Part shown: one piece after another, positions 9,316-19,142 of the stretch
Position numbering within the stretch: position 1 is the first letter of the stretch
Layout: every line of letters begins with the position of its first letter
From: Thermoproteota archaeon
Lineage (GTDB): Archaea; Korarchaeota; Korarchaeia; Korarchaeales; Korarchaeaceae
Length of the DNA: 64,000 bases
NCBI GenBank assembly: GCA_027491435.1
Contig: JAOZFG010000004.1
Location: 128,001 to 192,000, forward strand
Direction: 5' to 3'
Program-made: the position numbers and the translations under genes
Notes under the pieces: generated by a model
What the model saw: only the letters and a program-made list of their open reading frames with translations
Told to the model about the DNA's origin: nothing
The model's database searches: none

Positions 9316-10156
9316 GGTTAGGGTTGGAGGGGCTATAACGGTATTGAATGCCATAGTTCCCCTGCTGGGCTCGGCGCTGGGCGTAGACCTATGGGTGGAG
9401 GCCGAAGCTGAAAAGTGCTCGGAGCCTGTAGTACACCCGGAAACACCTCTGACAGTTGAAGCCCTGAGGGAAGCCCTCATAATCTCGAAATCTGAGGGCG
9501 CCAGAGTTAGGGTGAACTCCAGCGTGCCTCAGGGGTGGGGGTTAAAGAGCAGTAGCATAGTGGCCAACGCTGTAATATTAGCTACTTTAGCTCTTTACAC
9601 GGATTTTAGGCTGATAGAAGTGATAAAGGGCACTGTTAGGGCCTCTAGAAGGGCGGGAGTCACCATTACCGGTGCCATGGATGATGCAGCGGCTTCAGCG
9701 TTGGGGGGACTAGTTATGACAGATAACGGGAGAGATGAATTGTTGTTCAGGGCTCCAGTTAAGGAGTTGGGTGTGGCGATACTGCTCCCGGAGAGGTCGA
9801 AGCCCAGGATGACGTCCACAGTAGATCTCTCCAGTTATAATCACTTAAGGAACACTTTGAGATCTTTAGCGAGCTTAATTCCCAAGGATCCGTGGTCAGT
9901 AATGACTGTAAACGGCTTAATCTACTCAAAGCTCCTGGGATACGATGATACTCCAATACATGAGGCCTTAAAGGCGGGAGCTAAGGCGGCGAGCATTTCC
10001 GGAACTGGGCCAGCCGTAGCTGCTATCTGCGATCCGTGCGACGAGGTTGTGGATAGGTGGTCCTCTCTGGGGGAAGTTATCCTAACTAAGGTCAACAATA
10101 GGCCGGCCCACATTGAAAATCGTCCCAGCGAACAAACTGCAGGTTCTCTCCAATAA
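9299..10156 (+). CDS. aroK: Shikimate kinase, archaeal GHMP type
   Basis: GAITVLNAI, PQGWGLKSSS, AGVTITGAMDDA, SGTGPA. Confidence 0.92.
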   Translation: MLRLIRVRVGGAITVLNAIVPLLGSALGVDLWVEAEAEKCSEPVVHPETPLTVEALREALIISKSEGARVRVNSSVPQGWGLKSSSIVANAVILATLALYTDFRLIEVIKGTVRASRRAGVTITGAMDDAAASALGGLVMTDNGRDELLFRAPVKELGVAILLPERSKPRMTSTVDLSSYNHLRNTLRSLASLIPKDPWSVMTVNGLIYSKLLGYDDTPIHEALKAGAKAASISGTGPAVAAICDPCDEVVDRWSSLGEVILTKVNNRPAHIENRPSEQTAGSLQ

Positions 10157-11921
10157 ATCCCGGTAGGAGTTTGAAGTAGGAGACCCTGGAGTACCTCTCG
10201 TCACCCAACACGAAAATTCCCCTGTCTTCGCTGGATCTAATAACCCTGCCAAGCGACTGGGCAGCTCTCCTCAGAGCTGGAACCACGTAGGCCAAGTACC
10301 TCCCCTTCCTAATTCCGTAAATTCTCTGATAATACTCCACGTACAGCACGGTCTTGGTGGTCAACCTGTCAAATGGTATGCCCACCATGTAAGCAGCCAC
10401 CAGCTCCTCCCCCGGAAAGTCAGCGCCCTCTGAGAACCTGCCGCCTGCCGGAGCGACGAGCACGCCTTCTCTGCCCTCTTTAGGTAATCTTTTGAACTCC
10501 TCTAGCATTCTCCTGGCGACATCTCCTGGCATATCCCGCCTCTCCTCGAACAGAATTTTACCTCTCTTCCTGGCGAGCTCCCTTATCCCCTCAATGAGTT
10601 CTGATTGAACTCTGTAGCTGGCGGTGAAGATGGCCACGTTCCCCTTTATCTTGAGGAACTCATCGATGGTTCTCAGGTACCTCCTGACCATCCTGTTGCT
10701 GAGGCTCTCCCCCCTCGTCGAAACGCCCCTTATCAGGTAGGTGCTCACCCTCTCAGGATCGGCAATTTGGGGCACCACGAGGGACTCGCAGGACTCCAAT
10801 CCAACAGTTTCGGCGAACCCCTCGATCGGCTCGAGAGTTCCCGACATGAAAATTACGGCGTGGAAGTTCTTCCATATGTCCTTCAGTATTTCAGCAGACC
10901 TCATGTCCCAGACCTCGTACCTGATGCTATCTTCCTTGGAGTACACATATGCCACGCCGTCAATCCCTTCCTTCTTCTTAGCCACCTTGAGGAACTCGTA
11001 TACTGAGTTAGCGTAGGATCTAGGCTCCTTCCCCCTCTTCATCTGATCCCTGTAGACAGTCTGAGCCAACCTGTTCAGCTTGAGCAGGTCAGACTCCTCT
11101 ATCCCTGAGTAGAGCACCATCTTGTGGAAGTCGAAGGTCCCATCAACGTTGACCGCGTTCTCCTTCATGAACTCCATTAATTTCTTGAGCTTTTCAACCA
11201 AACTTCTCCTCCCAAATTTTATAGCCTCATTTATAGCCCTCTCAACGGTTCTAATGGTTATTGACTTACTGTTAAGGTCCATGGCCGCTGATATTATGTT
11301 GTGGGCCTCGTCTACGACGAGGATAGAGTCCTTGAAAGACAATACCCTCCGGATCACCCAGCCCAGGTCAGTCAATATGTAGTTATAGCTTAGGGACACC
11401 ATAGAAGCCCACAGCAGCAGGTCAAGCTGGAGGAAATAGGGACACACCCTCAGGGACTCAGCTAGAGCCAACACCTCAGTAAAGGTCATGGGCTCGCTCG
11501 GTATTGGGGTGCGGCCTTCATTTAGCCTCCTGTAGTAGGGGCACTCCTTTCTGTTTAGCCTACAGAAGGTGGTAACGGCTTCGTAACCCTTAACTCCTCT
11601 ATCCCTGGCTAAGAGGCACATATCCTTCTTTCCCCTGAAGGATAGGCCGAAGAGGCTCAACCCTTTCTTCCGAACAATTATTTTCAGCTCCTCAACAGGT
11701 CTGTCAGTCTCGTTACCCGTTCTCACCGCCCAGATTAAGTTGTGCCCGTCCAACATAGATGGAAGCGTAGCCGACAGGACTACAGGAGTCTTCCCAAATC
11801 CGGTGGGGGCTTGAAGGCAGAAGAAGCCTCCTTCCGAAGCTACCTCCTCTACGGCCTCGATGACCTCTTTCTGGTATGGCCTGGGCTTGTAAGGAAAGTA
11901 CTTAATTCCCTTGACAGGCAT
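10092..11921 (-). CDS. xpd: XPD/Rad3/DinG family Fe-S DNA helicase
   Basis: Q motif RPYQ, APTGFGKT, four Fe-S Cys (DMC, FC, ECPYY, VCPYF), DEAHN, SGTL, SEGADF, QSLGRVIR. Start placed at MPVKG (track 11984). Confidence 0.9.
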   Translation of the reverse strand: MPVKGIKYFPYKPRPYQKEVIEAVEEVASEGGFFCLQAPTGFGKTPVVLSATLPSMLDGHNLIWAVRTGNETDRPVEELKIIVRKKGLSLFGLSFRGKKDMCLLARDRGVKGYEAVTTFCRLNRKECPYYRRLNEGRTPIPSEPMTFTEVLALAESLRVCPYFLQLDLLLWASMVSLSYNYILTDLGWVIRRVLSFKDSILVVDEAHNIISAAMDLNSKSITIRTVERAINEAIKFGRRSLVEKLKKLMEFMKENAVNVDGTFDFHKMVLYSGIEESDLLKLNRLAQTVYRDQMKRGKEPRSYANSVYEFLKVAKKKEGIDGVAYVYSKEDSIRYEVWDMRSAEILKDIWKNFHAVIFMSGTLEPIEGFAETVGLESCESLVVPQIADPERVSTYLIRGVSTRGESLSNRMVRRYLRTIDEFLKIKGNVAIFTASYRVQSELIEGIRELARKRGKILFEERRDMPGDVARRMLEEFKRLPKEGREGVLVAPAGGRFSEGADFPGEELVAAYMVGIPFDRLTTKTVLYVEYYQRIYGIRKGRYLAYVVPALRRAAQSLGRVIRSSEDRGIFVLGDERYSRVSYFKLLPGFIGENLQFVRWDDFQCGPAYC

Positions 11922-12008
11922 TCCCACCTTTAAGGGAGCGGTCAAATAAAAAAGGCCGTTCACCCTTAAAAACGCGTCACCCAACTATGGCCGGGGAGTA
12001 GTGAAGAG

Positions 12009-12731
12009 ATGAAGCTCTTCCCCTATGGAGTTTACTTGGACGGTCTGCTGGCTGTGGCTGACCTGCACTTGGGATACGAAGACGCGCTCAGGGAGAGGGG
12101 GATTGAGCTCCCCTACGAGCAATACCCTAGGATAAAGAAGGCCATGCTGAACGCTATAGGGAGGTTCTCTCCGGAGAAGGTTATAATCGTGGGGGACGTC
12201 AAACACGAGTTCGGGACAGCCCTTAATCAGGAGTGGAGGGAGGTCTTGGACCTTATAAGGATCTTAAGGGATCTAGGAGTTGAGCTAGAGGTTGTAAGGG
12301 GCAATCACGATAACTTCCTGATACCAATACTAAGGAAGGTGGGTATAGAGATTAGGGACCCTCACCTGGTAGAAGGAAATCTCATGTTCGTTCACGGGCA
12401 CAAGCCATTCATACCCCCTGATGACGTTGATCTAATAGTAATGGGGCATGAACACCCTGCCATAGCGTTAAGGGATGAACTGGGAGCCGGGCATAAGATG
12501 AAAGCCTTCTTAAGGACTAAATTCATGGATAGGGAACTCCTGGTGCTCCCCGCCCTCTCTCCGCTGGCCCCCGGGACTGACGTCCTACAATCTTATGGGG
12601 GTTTTCTCTCTCCGGTGTTGAGGTCCATTGATCCATCTAAGATACAAGTGCTGGTGGCTGATCACGAGCTTGATCTGGTAGAAGAGCTCGGTCCGCTTAA
12701 TCTGGTTAGGAGAGCGGCCGGGGTGGTTTAA
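12009..12731 (+). CDS. Metallophosphoesterase (Lhr-associated MPE / ICC-like)
   Basis: ADLHLG, GDVKH, GNHD, HGH, GHEHPA, LPALSP. Confidence 0.88.
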   Translation: MKLFPYGVYLDGLLAVADLHLGYEDALRERGIELPYEQYPRIKKAMLNAIGRFSPEKVIIVGDVKHEFGTALNQEWREVLDLIRILRDLGVELEVVRGNHDNFLIPILRKVGIEIRDPHLVEGNLMFVHGHKPFIPPDDVDLIVMGHEHPAIALRDELGAGHKMKAFLRTKFMDRELLVLPALSPLAPGTDVLQSYGGFLSPVLRSIDPSKIQVLVADHELDLVEELGPLNLVRRAAGVV

Positions 12732-13249
12732 TGAAGTGCGCAATTTTTGACATAGACAACACCTTGTTCGACAGCAGAAGGAGGTTTTACCTTGTGTTAA
12801 GGAAGTACGGGGTCACCTCGCCTTCAGAGGTACCATTAAGCCTGAGGAAGAGGTTCTGGCTGGATTACATGGACCCTTCCCTATTCCATCTGGATAGGCC
12901 CATACCTAGGGCTGTAGAGATGGTCCTAGAGGCCAAGCTTAGAGGGCTGAAGGTGGTGCTCATAACCGGAAGGTATGAGCTGGTCAGGGTTCCCACCGAA
13001 ATACAGCTTAGGTCTGCTGGAATACCGTTCGACGAGCTCTTAATGAGGCCCAACGATAATATGGACAAGGACTATGTGCTGAAGCCTAACTTAGTTAAGA
13101 AGATAGACTGTAAGTTCTCTGAGTACCACGATGACGACCTAGATACCCTGCTGGTCCTCAGGAAGATTTACCCACAAGCTGTGTACTTCCACCACCAGCC
13201 CGATGGGACCTTCACTATACTGGGTGGTTTAGATGATAAGGAGGGCTAG
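12731..13249 (+). CDS. HAD-superfamily phosphatase (PNKP 3'-phosphatase-like)
   Basis: Motif I DIDNT, motif II ITGR, LLMRP..D..LK, motif IV DDD. Confidence 0.8.
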   Translation: MKCAIFDIDNTLFDSRRRFYLVLRKYGVTSPSEVPLSLRKRFWLDYMDPSLFHLDRPIPRAVEMVLEAKLRGLKVVLITGRYELVRVPTEIQLRSAGIPFDELLMRPNDNMDKDYVLKPNLVKKIDCKFSEYHDDDLDTLLVLRKIYPQAVYFHHQPDGTFTILGGLDDKEG

Positions 13250-15869
13250 AAGAGAGTACAGCATGGAAGAGGTGCTACAGGTCCTACATCCGGCGGTGGC
13301 GAAGTGGTTTAGCTCCAAGTTCAAATCGTTAAGCCCTCCCCAGAGGTATGCAGTGGTTCCCATATCCAAGGGCAGGAACGTCCTGGTCACCAGCCCTACG
13401 GGCACTGGGAAGACTTTGACGGCCTTCCTCAGCATAATAAGCAGGCTTCTAGAGATGGCTGACAGGGGGGAGCTAGAGGATTCCGTGTACGCTGTCTACG
13501 TATCCCCTCTCAGGGCCTTGAACAACGACATATACAAAAACCTGGAAGTTCCCCTGTCGGAAATAAAGGAGATGTCTCCCGACCTCCCGAAGATAAGGCA
13601 TGCTGTGAGAACTGGGGATACTCCCACCAGCGAGAGGGCTAAGCAGCTTAGAAAGCCACCCCACATTCTCATAACAACCCCCGAGACCCTGGGCATAATT
13701 CTAACTGCCCCTAAGTTCAGGGAGAAACTTAGGACGGTTAGATGGGTAATAGTGGATGAGATACACAGTCTGGTGGAGAATAAGAGGGGAGTTCACCTCT
13801 CGCTCAGCCTAGAGAGGCTTCAGCACCTAGCGTATCAGAAGTTCACCAGGATCGGGCTCTCAGCCACTATAAACCCGCTTGAAGAAGTGGCCAAGTTCCT
13901 AGTGGGTTACGAGAACGGAAAGCCGAGGGACTGCCTCATAGTGGAAACCAGTTGGGCCAAAGCGATAGATTTAGCCGTTCTCTCGCCTGTGGAGGATCTG
14001 GTAAATACACCACCAGAGGTAACCTCAGAGAGGATGTACAAGCTGATTGCAGATCTGGTCAAGGAGAATAGGACCACACTCATATTCACTAACACGAGGA
14101 GCGGCACTGAAAAGGTTGTCTTCCACCTGAAGAAGTATCTGGACGGAGTTGAAAACGTCGATGAGAAGATAGCAGCACATCACAGCTCTCTATCCAGATA
14201 TGTGAGAAAGGAGGTTGAGGACAAGCTGAAGAGGGGTGATCTGAGGGCGATAGTGAGCTCCACAAGCTTGGAGTTGGGGATAGACATAGGGTACATAGAC
14301 ATGGTGGTGCAGATAGGAAGCCCCAAGTCCATAACCAGGGCCCTCCAAAGGATAGGCAGGGCTGGCCACAAGCTTCACGAGGTGAGTAGGGGTAGGTTCG
14401 TAGTGGTGGACAGGGACGACGCCTTAGAGGTGGCTGTTATGGTTAGGGAAGCCCTCAGAGGGAGGCTGGACAGGGTACACATGCCCAAAAAGGCTCTAGA
14501 CGTGCTGGCCCAGCACATAGTTGGTATGGCCGTGGAGCAGAAGTGGGACGCTAAGGAGGCCTTTGAGCTGGTTAGATCGGCCTATCCCTACAAGGACCTC
14601 ACCTGGGAAGAGTTCGAGTCGGTTTTGAGGTACCTGTCGGGTGAGTTCACTCAGCTCGAGAGCAGGAAGGTGTACGGGAAGATATGGTACGACCCCGAGG
14701 AGGGCACGTTCGGGAGGAGGGGGAAGTACGCTAGGGTCATCTACGCATCTAACATAGGTACCATACCCGACGAGGTCAGCGTTAAGGTGTACACGACCGA
14801 TGGGAAGTACGTCGGGAACTTGGAGGAGGAGTTCCTGGAGAGACTGGTTCCAGGTGACAGGTTCGTGTTGGGAGGTAAGGTTTACGAGTTCATCTCCGCC
14901 AGGGGGTTGAGGGTCAAAGTTAGGCCTGCTTTCGATCAGAAGCCAACAGTACCAGCTTGGTTCTCCGAGATGCTTCCTTTAAGCTACGACTTAGCAGTAA
15001 GAATAGCCGAGTTCAGGGGGTGGGTCTTCAGGAGGATAGACGAAGGGGTTCCCGCCGACGAAATAGTTGAAAGCATAAGGGAAATGAGCAACGCCAACGA
15101 GCAGGCTGCTAAGGCAATATACAATTACTTGGTGGATCAATACCTGTACCTTAAGCATTTGGGGCTATCGGTTGAGGACATGCCCTCAGATAAGGTGATA
15201 TTGGTTGAAACTTACGTGGATGAGGACGGAAGGAGGCATCAGGTGACGCACTCCCTCTTCGGAAGGAGGACTAACGACGCCCTTTCCAGGGCCTTAGCTT
15301 ATCTGGCAGGCCTTAAGGTCAGGAGGAACCTGGGAATCGCTGTAAAGGATACGGGTTTCGCCATAATATACCCGAGAGGGGTGAAGCCAAAGATCAACAT
15401 AGGGGCCCTCGTGGGAGAGGACCTAGAGGAGTTGCTGAAGAAGGCCTTAGACAAGACGGAGATATTGAGGAGGAGATTTAGACATGTAGCAGCTAGAGGA
15501 CTAATGATCTTAAGAAATTATAAGGGATACGAGATAAGCGTGAATAAACAACAGCTGAGCGCCCAAAAGCTGCTCAAGGTGGTTCAGGAGATAGTGAACT
15601 TCCCCCTACTTAAGGAGGCCTACCGCGAAATAATGGAGGATTACATGGACATAGAGCACGCCAAGGAGGTGGTAGGAAAAATAGCTAGCGGCGAGATAAG
15701 GGTCGTGGACGTAGGAGAGATCCCAGTCCCGACTCCCTTCGCTCATAACATAGTGTTAGAGGGGCTGAGCGACCTTATATTCATGGAGGACAAGATGGCC
15801 GCCCTCAGGAGGTTCCAACTGGCCATAAAGAATATGATTGAGGAGGAGGTTCAAGTAAGAGGAAGGTGA
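13233..15869 (+). CDS. lhr: Lhr-family ATP-dependent SF2 helicase (archaeal Lhr)
   Basis: SPTGTGKT, SPLRALNNDI, TTPET, DEIH, LSAT, FTNTRSG, HHSSLS, LELGIDIG, QRIGRAGH, GTIPD, plus WH and domain 4. Confidence 0.93.
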   Translation: MIRRARREYSMEEVLQVLHPAVAKWFSSKFKSLSPPQRYAVVPISKGRNVLVTSPTGTGKTLTAFLSIISRLLEMADRGELEDSVYAVYVSPLRALNNDIYKNLEVPLSEIKEMSPDLPKIRHAVRTGDTPTSERAKQLRKPPHILITTPETLGIILTAPKFREKLRTVRWVIVDEIHSLVENKRGVHLSLSLERLQHLAYQKFTRIGLSATINPLEEVAKFLVGYENGKPRDCLIVETSWAKAIDLAVLSPVEDLVNTPPEVTSERMYKLIADLVKENRTTLIFTNTRSGTEKVVFHLKKYLDGVENVDEKIAAHHSSLSRYVRKEVEDKLKRGDLRAIVSSTSLELGIDIGYIDMVVQIGSPKSITRALQRIGRAGHKLHEVSRGRFVVVDRDDALEVAVMVREALRGRLDRVHMPKKALDVLAQHIVGMAVEQKWDAKEAFELVRSAYPYKDLTWEEFESVLRYLSGEFTQLESRKVYGKIWYDPEEGTFGRRGKYARVIYASNIGTIPDEVSVKVYTTDGKYVGNLEEEFLERLVPGDRFVLGGKVYEFISARGLRVKVRPAFDQKPTVPAWFSEMLPLSYDLAVRIAEFRGWVFRRIDEGVPADEIVESIREMSNANEQAAKAIYNYLVDQYLYLKHLGLSVEDMPSDKVILVETYVDEDGRRHQVTHSLFGRRTNDALSRALAYLAGLKVRRNLGIAVKDTGFAIIYPRGVKPKINIGALVGEDLEELLKKALDKTEILRRRFRHVAARGLMILRNYKGYEISVNKQQLSAQKLLKVVQEIVNFPLLKEAYREIMEDYMDIEHAKEVVGKIASGEIRVVDVGEIPVPTPFAHNIVLEGLSDLIFMEDKMAALRRFQLAIKNMIEEEVQVRGR

Positions 15870-15870
15870 C

Positions 15871-17073
15871 TTGCCCAAGAGGATAAGCCCCGACCTGTGC
15901 GTTAAGTGTAAAGGAGTAAAGATGCTCTGCGGGCTTAGCAAGTGCCCAATACTGGAGAGGATAGCCGGTCATAAGAGGATTAAGAGAACGGACTACGTCC
16001 ACGGGGACACGCCACCTTCAGTCTTGACAGGTGAGCACGGCTATCCCTTAGTGTGGATGGGACCCATGATCGAGCCAGGCGAGCTTCAGTTCCCAGAGGA
16101 TCCTAAAAGGTGGATAAGAACGCCCCTAACGAAAGTGGTCGAGGGAATGTCTTCGAGGGTTAACGCTGGCTTCAAACTGAACGTAAGGCGGGTAGACGAT
16201 CCTAGGTTGGAGGAGGTGAGGTGGGCAGCCTTAAGCTTGAGGCCCGTAGGGGTAGAAGCCAGGTTCCTAAAGCCGATATCTCCCAAGGTGAGCTTTGACG
16301 GCATACTTGCTCCAATAGGCCCTAGGGCCCTAGCCGAGAAATTGTCCGTGGAAGGGGAGCCTAGGGTTCCTGCTAAGCTGGAGTACCTGGTGTATGATAA
16401 AGACGTCAAGACAGAACAGGCCGTGGTGGAGCTTTATTCGTCAGGCATAGACGTATACATGATACACAGGGCCCTTTCCTTAGGTTCCCTTGGCGTCAGG
16501 GTTAACAGGAGATTGGTTCCTACTAGGTGGGCCATAACGGCAACGGACTCTATGGTGGGAAACTGGCTTAAGGGGAGGCTCAAGGAAATGCCTGAGTACG
16601 GCGGGGACTACTTGCTCTTCTCATCATATTATGAGGGAAATAAGTACTTAGTAGCGATGTTTCCCGGATCTCTGGACCTGGAGATTTTTGAGATATGGCT
16701 TCCCATGGGGTTGTGGACTGGGGATAAACCCGTAGTTATGAGAAATGAAGAGGGCAGCAGGGGGCTATCTTACATGGACGGGGGCCATTACGCCATGAGG
16801 GTAGCTTGCTTTGAGAAGCTCTACCACATGAGGAGACAGGCCAGGGTACTAGCTATAAGAGAGGTAGGTCCAGAATACTTCTCTCCAGTTGGGGTCTGGC
16901 AGGTTAGAGAAGGGGTCAGACTGGCCTTGAGGGGCGAGCCTAGGAAATTCGATAGGGTTGAAGATCTCGTAAGAGCGATAGAGGCCCATCTAAAGTATGA
17001 CTTTAAGGTCACACAATCCAGAATATTAAAAGAAGTAATCGGTTTAATTGCAAAAATAACTGATTTTATGTGA
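15871..17073 (+). CDS. nreA: DNA repair protein NreA (Nre family)
   Basis: N-terminal CVKCKG..LCG...CP, TPPSV.G..GYP, RRLVPTRWAITATD, PVGVWQVRE.VR, PIP-like C-terminus KITDFM. Confidence 0.88.
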   Translation: MPKRISPDLCVKCKGVKMLCGLSKCPILERIAGHKRIKRTDYVHGDTPPSVLTGEHGYPLVWMGPMIEPGELQFPEDPKRWIRTPLTKVVEGMSSRVNAGFKLNVRRVDDPRLEEVRWAALSLRPVGVEARFLKPISPKVSFDGILAPIGPRALAEKLSVEGEPRVPAKLEYLVYDKDVKTEQAVVELYSSGIDVYMIHRALSLGSLGVRVNRRLVPTRWAITATDSMVGNWLKGRLKEMPEYGGDYLLFSSYYEGNKYLVAMFPGSLDLEIFEIWLPMGLWTGDKPVVMRNEEGSRGLSYMDGGHYAMRVACFEKLYHMRRQARVLAIREVGPEYFSPVGVWQVREGVRLALRGEPRKFDRVEDLVRAIEAHLKYDFKVTQSRILKEVIGLIAKITDFM

Positions 17074-17745
17074 GTTAATTAAGAATAATTCCATAATACA
17101 GACAATCATTATTTTTACGGGAGATATTAGTTGCAGCACTTGACAGGACCCCTTCCGCGTATCCAGCTGAACACAGCCTGTTACACGAGCTCCAAAACTC
17201 CACAAGTATGCTAGGTCAAAATCAGCAATAATTTCTAGATAATCCAGATTAATTTAAATAATATTTCTGTTAAAACGGTAAATAATTTAAATATATAACG
17301 TATAAATTCGTCATATTACAATTCTTATTATAATAAAACCGGGTTAAACGTTGATTATTTTGGTAAATAAATCAGAATAATGAAAATTAATTAGAGTAAG
17401 TAGGCGCTAAACAAAAATATATAGGTTATAAGAAAACGGAGGAAATGTAAAATTACTTAATTTGAACGTATCTTCTAACCAAACTCGTCGAGATCTCTGT
17501 ACTACAATTGAATCTTAGCAATCCGACCTCTCCTGGCCAAGATAATGTAGGTAAGGGTGGTAAGCAACTTGTTCGTTCAATACATATTTATTCTTCGTAT
17601 AATAACATCTCTTACGTGTCATCTCGTCGAATAAAGGAACATAGACTAATCCTGTTGCTGGGAAGTGTTTATAAATAACCCCCTGATTAATTCTCTAGTG
17701 TCCAGGTATGACCTTTATTTTTCCAAATCACTGGGAGGTCTAAGT

Positions 17746-19101
17746 ATGAGAAGAGGCGTTTCGAAAGGCGTTACTATCGGTGTCATAGTCGTAGTCATTT
17801 TAGTTGTTGCCGCCGCCCTGCTAATGATGCAGGGCCCCACCCCTACAGAGACTAAGACAGCCCCTCCAGCAACCACGCCTAAACCAGTCACTACCCCGAA
17901 AACCAAAACCACCACGAAAGTAGAGAAGCCCATAGACAAGATCGTGATAGGATTCACCACCTCCCTGAAGGGTAAGTACACCCATCAGGGACAGAGGGCT
18001 CTATACGGAATCCAGGCCATGGTCAAGTGGATAAACGAGAAGAAGGGTGGACTCAACGTAGGAGGAAAGAAGTACTTCATAGAGATCAAGTATTATGATG
18101 ACGAATCCAGTTCCCAGAGGGTTCCCGAACTTTATAGCAAGCTAATCAAGGAGGATAAGGTTAATTTCTTGATAGCCCCCTACTCATCTGGATTGACTAA
18201 GGCAGCGGCCCCCATAGCTGAACAGAACAAGATAGTTATGGTAAGCCATGGGGGAGCTAGCGATTCCATCTTCCAGCAAGGGTATAAGTATGTGGTGCAG
18301 ACCTTGAGCCCAGCCTCCACCTATCTAAAGAGTGTGGTGGACCTCATAGCCGAGAAGGACCCGAATGCTAAAATAGCCCTAATTTATGAGAACACTGCCT
18401 TCGCTGCTACCGTAGCTAAGGGAGCTAAGGAGGAGGCTCAGAAGAAGGGCCTCCAGATAGTATATGAGAAACCCTATGAGAAGGCAGCTACCGAGTTCGG
18501 GTCTATAATAAATGAGGCAATGGCTGCTGGAGCTGACGTGCTCATAGGAGGCGGACACTTCGTGGATGGAGTAGCTTTGGTACAGCAGGCATGGGAGCTT
18601 GGGTGGAAGCTTAAGGCCATAGGCATACTGGTAGCCCCTGCACTACCTGAGTTCAAGGAACAACTTGGTGATGCCACTAATGGAGTTATGTATCCATCCC
18701 AGTGGGAGCCCACCGTGAAGTACACCCCTGAAGTGGCTAAGAAGCTAGGGATAGAGTGGTGCGGTCCCACTAACGAGGAGTTCATCAGGATATACAAGGA
18801 GGTCAGCGGCGGGCAGGAGCCCAATTACCACGCGGCCGAGGCAGCCGCTGCCGTGTTACACTTGGCTAAGGCTATAGAGGTGGCCGGCAGCATAGATTCT
18901 AAAGCAGTAAGGGAGGCTTTCAACAAGGTGGACATCCTGACCTTCTTCGGAAGGCTCAAGATAGATCCTAAGACGGGCCTCCAGATAGGGCACTCCATGG
19001 TTGTGGTTCAGTGGCAAGCCGGTGAGAAGAAGATAGTATATCCAGCCAGCGCCGCAGAGGCCGAGCCCATATACCCGGCCAAGAACTGGTACGAGAGGTA
19101 A
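17746..19101 (+). CDS. Branched-chain amino acid-type ABC transporter substrate-binding protein
   Basis: Class III-like signal MRRG/VSK plus hydrophobic helix, Thr/Pro linker, YYDDESS, APYSSGLT, type 1 PBP. SD GGAGG before ATG 17746. Confidence 0.9.
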   Translation: MRRGVSKGVTIGVIVVVILVVAAALLMMQGPTPTETKTAPPATTPKPVTTPKTKTTTKVEKPIDKIVIGFTTSLKGKYTHQGQRALYGIQAMVKWINEKKGGLNVGGKKYFIEIKYYDDESSSQRVPELYSKLIKEDKVNFLIAPYSSGLTKAAAPIAEQNKIVMVSHGGASDSIFQQGYKYVVQTLSPASTYLKSVVDLIAEKDPNAKIALIYENTAFAATVAKGAKEEAQKKGLQIVYEKPYEKAATEFGSIINEAMAAGADVLIGGGHFVDGVALVQQAWELGWKLKAIGILVAPALPEFKEQLGDATNGVMYPSQWEPTVKYTPEVAKKLGIEWCGPTNEEFIRIYKEVSGGQEPNYHAAEAAAAVLHLAKAIEVAGSIDSKAVREAFNKVDILTFFGRLKIDPKTGLQIGHSMVVVQWQAGEKKIVYPASAAEAEPIYPAKNWYER

Positions 19102-19142
19102 CTCACCTACACCCACTTTTTTATTAATTCGGGGGTGATCTC

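Noticed and set aside
2190-17637. Shared 13-mer CGTCGAATAAAGG in two intergenic regions
   Set aside because: A match of this length is expected by chance in 64 kb, and the context is not consistent.
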